A DNA stretch of 63,898 nucleotides, the filler included, from Collodictyon triciliatum (Eukaryota): the NCBI GenBank assembly GCA_043381765.1. It is 4 parts of 4 records of this genome, joined end to end, with 100 filler letters (N's around TTAATTAATTAA, not from the genome) between each part and the next. Parts side by side here need not be neighbours in the genome. Positions count along the whole stretch, not along the records: positions 40,720 to 61,409 come from JBHJMP010000872.1; positions 61,510 to 63,898 come from JBHJMP010000989.1; 2 more parts are not named here. One strand, 5' to 3'. Under the pieces are notes generated by a model. That model was not told where the DNA came from and ran no database searches. It saw nothing but the letters and a program-made list of their open reading frames with translations. Shown piece after piece: positions 58,700 through 63,898 of this stretch. The position numbers and the translations under genes were made by a program. Within the stretch, counting starts at the first letter, position 1; each line of letters starts with the position of its first letter.

Positions 58700-60590
58700 T
58701 TTTTTAGAGGAAGGTGTATGTTGCATATTTTGTAAAATGGAAAGAACTTTCTTGAGTATACTATTAGCGCTGTTAAAGTTCCTTGTCAAGAATACAGTTT
58801 GTTTGCTTTCTGAGCGATTGCATCCTTTACATATGAGACATATAAACACCTTTTTTTGAATTCCCGTTCAGTTTCATATATTCTAGTTCTTTTTCGCAGT
58901 TGCAGCACATCTTTGAGGTTCTAAATTCATCTACACGGACTGTTTCAAAACGTTTGGATGGTATTTTTCGTAATCCTCTTCCGTTTGTTGGCATAAAATG
59001 GTTCATCTGAGATTTTCTGCTCCAGTCCCCATACGCCAGTACAACATCTTTGCCAAATGTCTTTTCGATTCGGTCCATAAACAATTGTTCACTTCTTTTT
59101 GTATTAACATACTGTCTCCATCTCATCTTTCGAAAAGTTACTTGTTCATAAAATCTGGATAGTTCTATCTGGTATTTTGATTCCATAGATACATATTTCG
59201 AAATTTATCATAATCGACCGTGCATGAATTATGTTTACTCAGTTCTGCCTCCAAATCGATCAAAGATACTCTTAATGTCTTAAACTGCTGATTCTCTTCA
59301 AAAGTCATGAGACCAAAAAAAATAACACTTTGAAAATCTGTTTTCATGCATACCCCTGAAGCATTGTACTTTTTTTTTCTCTTTTTTTTCTGGCGCAAGA
59401 GTATTTTGTGATTTTTAAGAGATTTGGTATCATGTTTTCTTTGATGTGCCGTGTAACATAATTTCTTACCTGTCTCATCCACCATCTAAACCAAATTAAA
59501 CTTGCCTGCGTCCACTCCAGCTATATTTTTTCCCTAATAAAGATAACTGCTCTTCGTAAGTTTATCTATATAAACATATTCTTGGGGGTTTTGATTAAAT
59601 TGGAATTTTGAATTTGAAATAGCTTTCTTTTCAAACAATAATGACACCGATAAGCTGTCTGTTTCTATCATGTATGTAAAATTGTAGTCTGTTTGATGAA
59701 AGAGTCTCTTCATTTCAAAGAAGTCATCGCATAGGGTCTCTTTGTATTCTGATATATTCTTCAGTAATAATCTTTTTCCATATAATACTAACAGACCTAT
59801 CGAACATGCAGTATCTAGAGTAATATGACATGGTATATTGTTAGTTCTTATAGAGATTGGTTGAAGCAGCTTGGTTCCAATGTCCTCGAAAATGTGATTC
59901 ATGTAAATTAGACATGGAATGTACTTATTTGGATTGACTTTGGCGTCATATTCGATACCATTTACAATATCGCTGGTTATGATATGGTGCAAATGCGTTA
60001 TAATCCATCTTTTATATTGTTCAGGTATTTCGAGTTTCTTGAATATGGCTTTTTTTAGCTTTCATAACTATGCCTTTTAATAGCATCCGTAATATTCTCA
60101 TCTTTAGGAACTGTTTGATTTATAAAGCGCAGTAACCTCTTTAAAAAATGCTCCTTCATGTTATTATGATAAGCTGCTAGCATTTGCTTCGCCAAGTACG
60201 GCAATACATGAAACAGTCCAACCAACGGAAAGCGCTATTCTCGGGACAAAAGTAATCGAAAATCATTGAAATAAAAAGTCATCATGTCTTTACTCATATC
60301 TGGTTGTTTTTTTAATCTTGTGGGTCTATCTTGTGAAACTACTCCGACTGTCTTTAAAGCGTACAAAAAAATATTTCATCGATTGTTGGGGGTTGTTGTG
60401 ATTTCAATATGTAACATCTTGCAAACAGATAAGTATCGGTAACCAAATTACGACACAATAAAACCGTATCGTTGATTTTGTCATGGTCATCCGCATTCTT
60501 CACAATCGACTTTAAGAGATATTTTCACATTCGGTACTCTGGTTTTACTGACTTCAGATTCTCAGACTCAAGACGTTTTCTTTTCTTCAT
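58658..60590 (-). pseudogene. Fanzor1: Fanzor1 (eukaryotic TnpB-family RNA-guided nuclease), full length but with multiple stops and frameshifts
   Basis: MKKRKR start; LKSIVK...INDTVLLCRNLVTDTYLF; LPYLAKQM...NNMKEHFLKRLLRFIN; QPISIRTNNIPCHITLDT; IETDSLSVSLLF; RuvC-I IAGVDAGK; FRKMRWRQY; VVLAYGDWS; VDEFRTSKMCCNC; CKGC; RuvC-III TRNFNSANSI. Confidence 0.92.
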
Positions 60591-60635
60591 TTTAAAGTCT
60601 TCGTTCTACTTTTTCCTTTGGAAAACTACCAATTT

Positions 60636-60643
60636 TCAATTTT
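60636..60643 (-). promoter_or_regulatory. AAAATTGA octamer 45 nt upstream of the Fanzor ATG (Mimiviridae early-promoter motif)
   Basis: Exact match in the sense orientation; the octamer also occurs by chance elsewhere in this AT-rich window. Confidence 0.3.
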
Positions 60644-61314
60644 AATAAAACTTTAGTCTATTAGTCAATCTAATAAATAAATAAAAAGGCACAAAATCAA
60701 TTCAGGCAAAACTAAGCATCTACCGAGACTTTCAAAGTGTTCGCATTGTGGCAATCAAGCACTCAGTTTATTTATAAGTGATTTGAGATAAAACGCTGAA
60801 AGCTGAGTCGGTGAGTTCGAAAGGACAGCCGTATAGCCATTGCGATTGAAAGTCAACATATCGGCCCCAAACAACATGATTACTGCCGCAAGTGTGGACA
60901 GTATTCTTTTTTGAAATGCATGTTTGGTGGCAGGTTTATAAGGTGGGTTCTGTCTGGCCAAGACAACAGCTTGTTCGTCATTTTTGAATTTTTAATGCGA
61001 AACAGGATATACATAAATGAGAAATGTGAATTAATTACAGGAATAGAGTGAGATTATGTTTTTTTTAACCTTATTATATATACTAATCATACTATTATAT
61101 TATTCAGGTTGTTTCTTGGATTCGTCAAAGCTCTTGCTTTCGTCAGTCCAGATTTAATTCAGTGGTTGTCTGCGCAATAAACTGCTATATGTGGGTACAC
61201 TTTCGTTGTATAAAAATTATTGTGCTTAAATGGGATAAAACCAAGTTCGTCACAGCCTTTGTAATGAAGTTTATCCATTTACATGCTGAATGAGACCTAA
61301 GAAAAAAGGTAATA

Positions 61315-61409
61315 AGAAAAAGAAAAAGAAAAAGAAAAAGAAAAAGAAAAAGAAAAAGAAAAAGAAAAAGAAAAAGAAAAAGAAAAAGAAAAAGAAAAAG
61401 AAAAAGAAA
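61315..61409. repeat. (GAAAAA)n microsatellite at contig end
   Basis: Perfect hexamer run; the same unit occurs at 28229-28330. Confidence 0.95.
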
Positions 61410-61509
61410 NNNNNNNNNNNNNNNNNNNNNNNNNNNNNNNNNNNNNNNNNNNNTTAATTAATTAANNNNNNNNNNNNNNNNNNNNNNNNNNNNNNNNNNN
61501 NNNNNNNNN
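61410..61509. other. Artificial contig linker N44-TTAATTAATTAA-N44
   Basis: Same spacer as at 28129. Confidence 0.97.
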
Positions 61510-61884
61510 ATCCAATCGTCTTCGCGGTCATTGGCAGGGGGATTGCGCGGCTGAATAGACGTGCAGGGAGCGGCGGGCTTGGGGGTGCAGACCGTGTCAT
61601 TTTTTTTTTCCTCTTTCTCTTTCTCTTTCTCGTTATCATGCCTCGCTGTATATTTTCTTTGTTTTCTTCCTTTGTCTGCTTTGTGTAATACAGCTTTCAT
61701 CTTATCTTTTGATTGAATCGTTTGCCCATCTATATCGTGTGGTGGAGAGGATTTGTGATGTGTGGCCTTGTTTAGTTTGTCTTTCTATCCGGGGTGGGCG
61801 CCACCAGCGCAAAGATGCTCTCCAAGCAGGTTACGGTTGTTGCGCTGATGGCGAGGGTGCTGGTGTCGCTCTTGTGCGGAGGCT

Positions 61885-63898
61885 TTATTGGAGCATGTTC
61901 TGGATGAGTTGGGACTGAATCAATTTCAACGCAGCTTGCTGGTCCGGCTCCGGTTCGGTCCTGAGGCCTGCTTGAGCCAGACCCGCGGCCGAGGGCGCAA
62001 CGAGCATGCGCTGGATGCGGGTGGAGAGGGTCTCGTACTCAGAGGGCTTCAGGCGGTAGCCTTTCGCAAGGATGCCCATGGCCTCAGCCTGCACGATGGC
62101 CTTCAGTTGCGTCAGACAGATCTACAGGGAGGACTATGTTAGTGCTTTGGTCACGTGGGCATCGCTTGGGTGGGGTGAAGGCGAGTTGTTACTTGGTATT
62201 TCTCCACATATTCTTCTAGGGATTCCATTCGAACCTAATAAAGAGAGTTTGGCTGTGAACACGCCTAGAGGGTTGACTAAGTAATACTTGTATCGTGGAT
62301 TTAAGAAGGCTACATGCACAAGAGAACGCCACGAACAAACAACAATCATATGCGTGATTTCTTTTGTCTTTTTTTTTTTTTGTAATCATAACATGCATAT
62401 GATTCATAATCTTGAAAATACTGTGGTTTCCAGCATTCGGCGGGATGATGTTTGAGATGTGATGGCTCTGATCAATTGTTGCTACGGATTTATTTGCCAT
62501 ATTTGTTTATTTATTTGTTTTTTTTTATTAAAAAAAAAAAAAAAAAGAAGCATCAGCATTAAATTTGCACAGGTATCTTGGATAAAAATTAGGTTATATT
62601 TCGTATGCATTTTATTGCGATGAGTTGGTGGCAAATGAGTAAATTATCAATCCTTTCTAGCGATAATCCGACAGATCGAGTGAGATTTTCATCTGAAAAG
62701 TACCTCGTCGCGCTTTGCGATTGTGTAGCATAAACCCTCTCTCCCTGCTCTTGCTGTTCGTCCTGCGCGATGAACATAAAGACGTGCAGTGACAGGGACA
62801 TCATAGTTTATTACAATATCTGTCCCTTCAAAGTCCATTCCTCTAGCCATCAAATCAGACGAGACAATACTAATTTTTTTATACATATAAAATATACATT
62901 TTTATTTATTTACAGCTGACATTGCTCGAAAAGTTCTTCATTGATAAGCAAATCAAGGCAAAAGGTATACCCGATAACTTACATTTTTAATTCTGCACCG
63001 CGGAAGGATGCAATTACTCTATTTCGTATTTCTTGAGACATGCTTGCGGAAAACTCAGCTATGCTAAACCCTCCAAATGATTCCAATAATCGATACAGTC
63101 TATTCCATATTATATATAAACACAAAAGAATATGCCGATATTATTTCGCACATTTCCTTGTTTGGACTTCATTTCGTCAAATATAAAAGGAAATATTAAT
63201 CGGACTGTAAAGATATAAACTAAATTGCATATCTTGATTTTATACTACTGAAGCACATGTGATTTATTAATATTTGATGAACAATTAAAAAAAATCACCG
63301 GTGAGTCGATTCAACTGAAGACGTGAAACAAAGTATCTTAGAGTTTGGATGTTTGTTCAACAATTGGATTAAAACAAGAGGCTTTTCACCAGAGTCGCAC
63401 CACAGTACTTCTTGCTATTATTCGCAAAGTAATTAGCTTCAAATTTCATAGTGCGCTTGGCGTTCACTCAACTATATTATTGAATCGATGCTTGATGTAA
63501 AAGCCTTTGCCCACCTGAAGCTTATCTGGTAAGGCGAATTGTCTTGAAGCTTTCTGTGCTTGGTTCCCGAAATCAAGAATTAATGGTGATCGCAAATCCA
63601 AAACGGAGTCACGCTGCACATTCTTTAAGAGTGTTGCAGAAAAGAGCAGCTTCTGGAACTATGGTATAAATCTCATGAAATGTACTAAAACACAGTATTT
63701 CGTCGAATGAGCGCCTTACACGAAATTATTTTACATGACTCGAATCTTTCATTCTTATTTTTTTTTTTTTTTTTTTTCCAATTTTCTTTTTTTTTTTTTT
63801 TTCTCTTTAAAAAAAAAAAAAAAAAGAAAGAAGTTGTATGAAAACTAATGGTAAACGATTCTCTTGGTTCGGTTTCCTTGAAATGAACGAAACATATT
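61885..63898 (-). CDS. DDX51: DEAD-box RNA helicase DDX51/Dbp6-like, 5' part outside window
   Basis: QKLLFSATL (motif III), [30 protein letters not shown] (motif V), [15 protein letters not shown] (motif VI), [12 protein letters not shown]. Confidence 0.85.

Noticed and set aside
58658-60590. Stop-codon reassignment explaining the Fanzor in-frame stops
   Set aside because: Frameshifts are also present, and host genes (PMM, Cdc25, cyclin) read cleanly in the standard code.
60755-60961. Transposase partner upstream of the Fanzor
   Set aside because: Short ORF without HUH, serine-recombinase or DDE motifs.

Overview
Eukaryotic (protist-like) nuclear DNA in the standard genetic code: AT-rich, many short GT-AG introns, many microsatellites, two N gaps and three artificial 100-bp N44-TTAATTAATTAA-N44 contig linkers, so neighbourhoods across those linkers are not trustworthy. 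Recognisable genes: a DUF4062-NTPase-TPR (NPHP3/TTC41-like STAND) protein, a PHO80-type cyclin, mitochondrial ATP synthase epsilon, a rifampin phosphotransferase/PigC-like dikinase, Cdc25, Nup35-like and Nup58-like nucleoporins, a PRELI-PH-DUF547 fusion, phosphomannomutase, three tandem 4-TM paralogs and a partial DDX51/Dbp6 helicase. Most notable: (1) a decayed Fanzor1 (eukaryotic TnpB) element with a well-paired candidate omegaRNA at its 3' end; (2) five consecutive TPR units each encoded by an exact 126-nt phase-2 exon; (3) a family of ultra-short (about 25-45 nt) poly(A)-tailed retro-insertions with 16-18 bp target-site duplications. All assignments come from motif recognition and manual splicing; no database searches were run.
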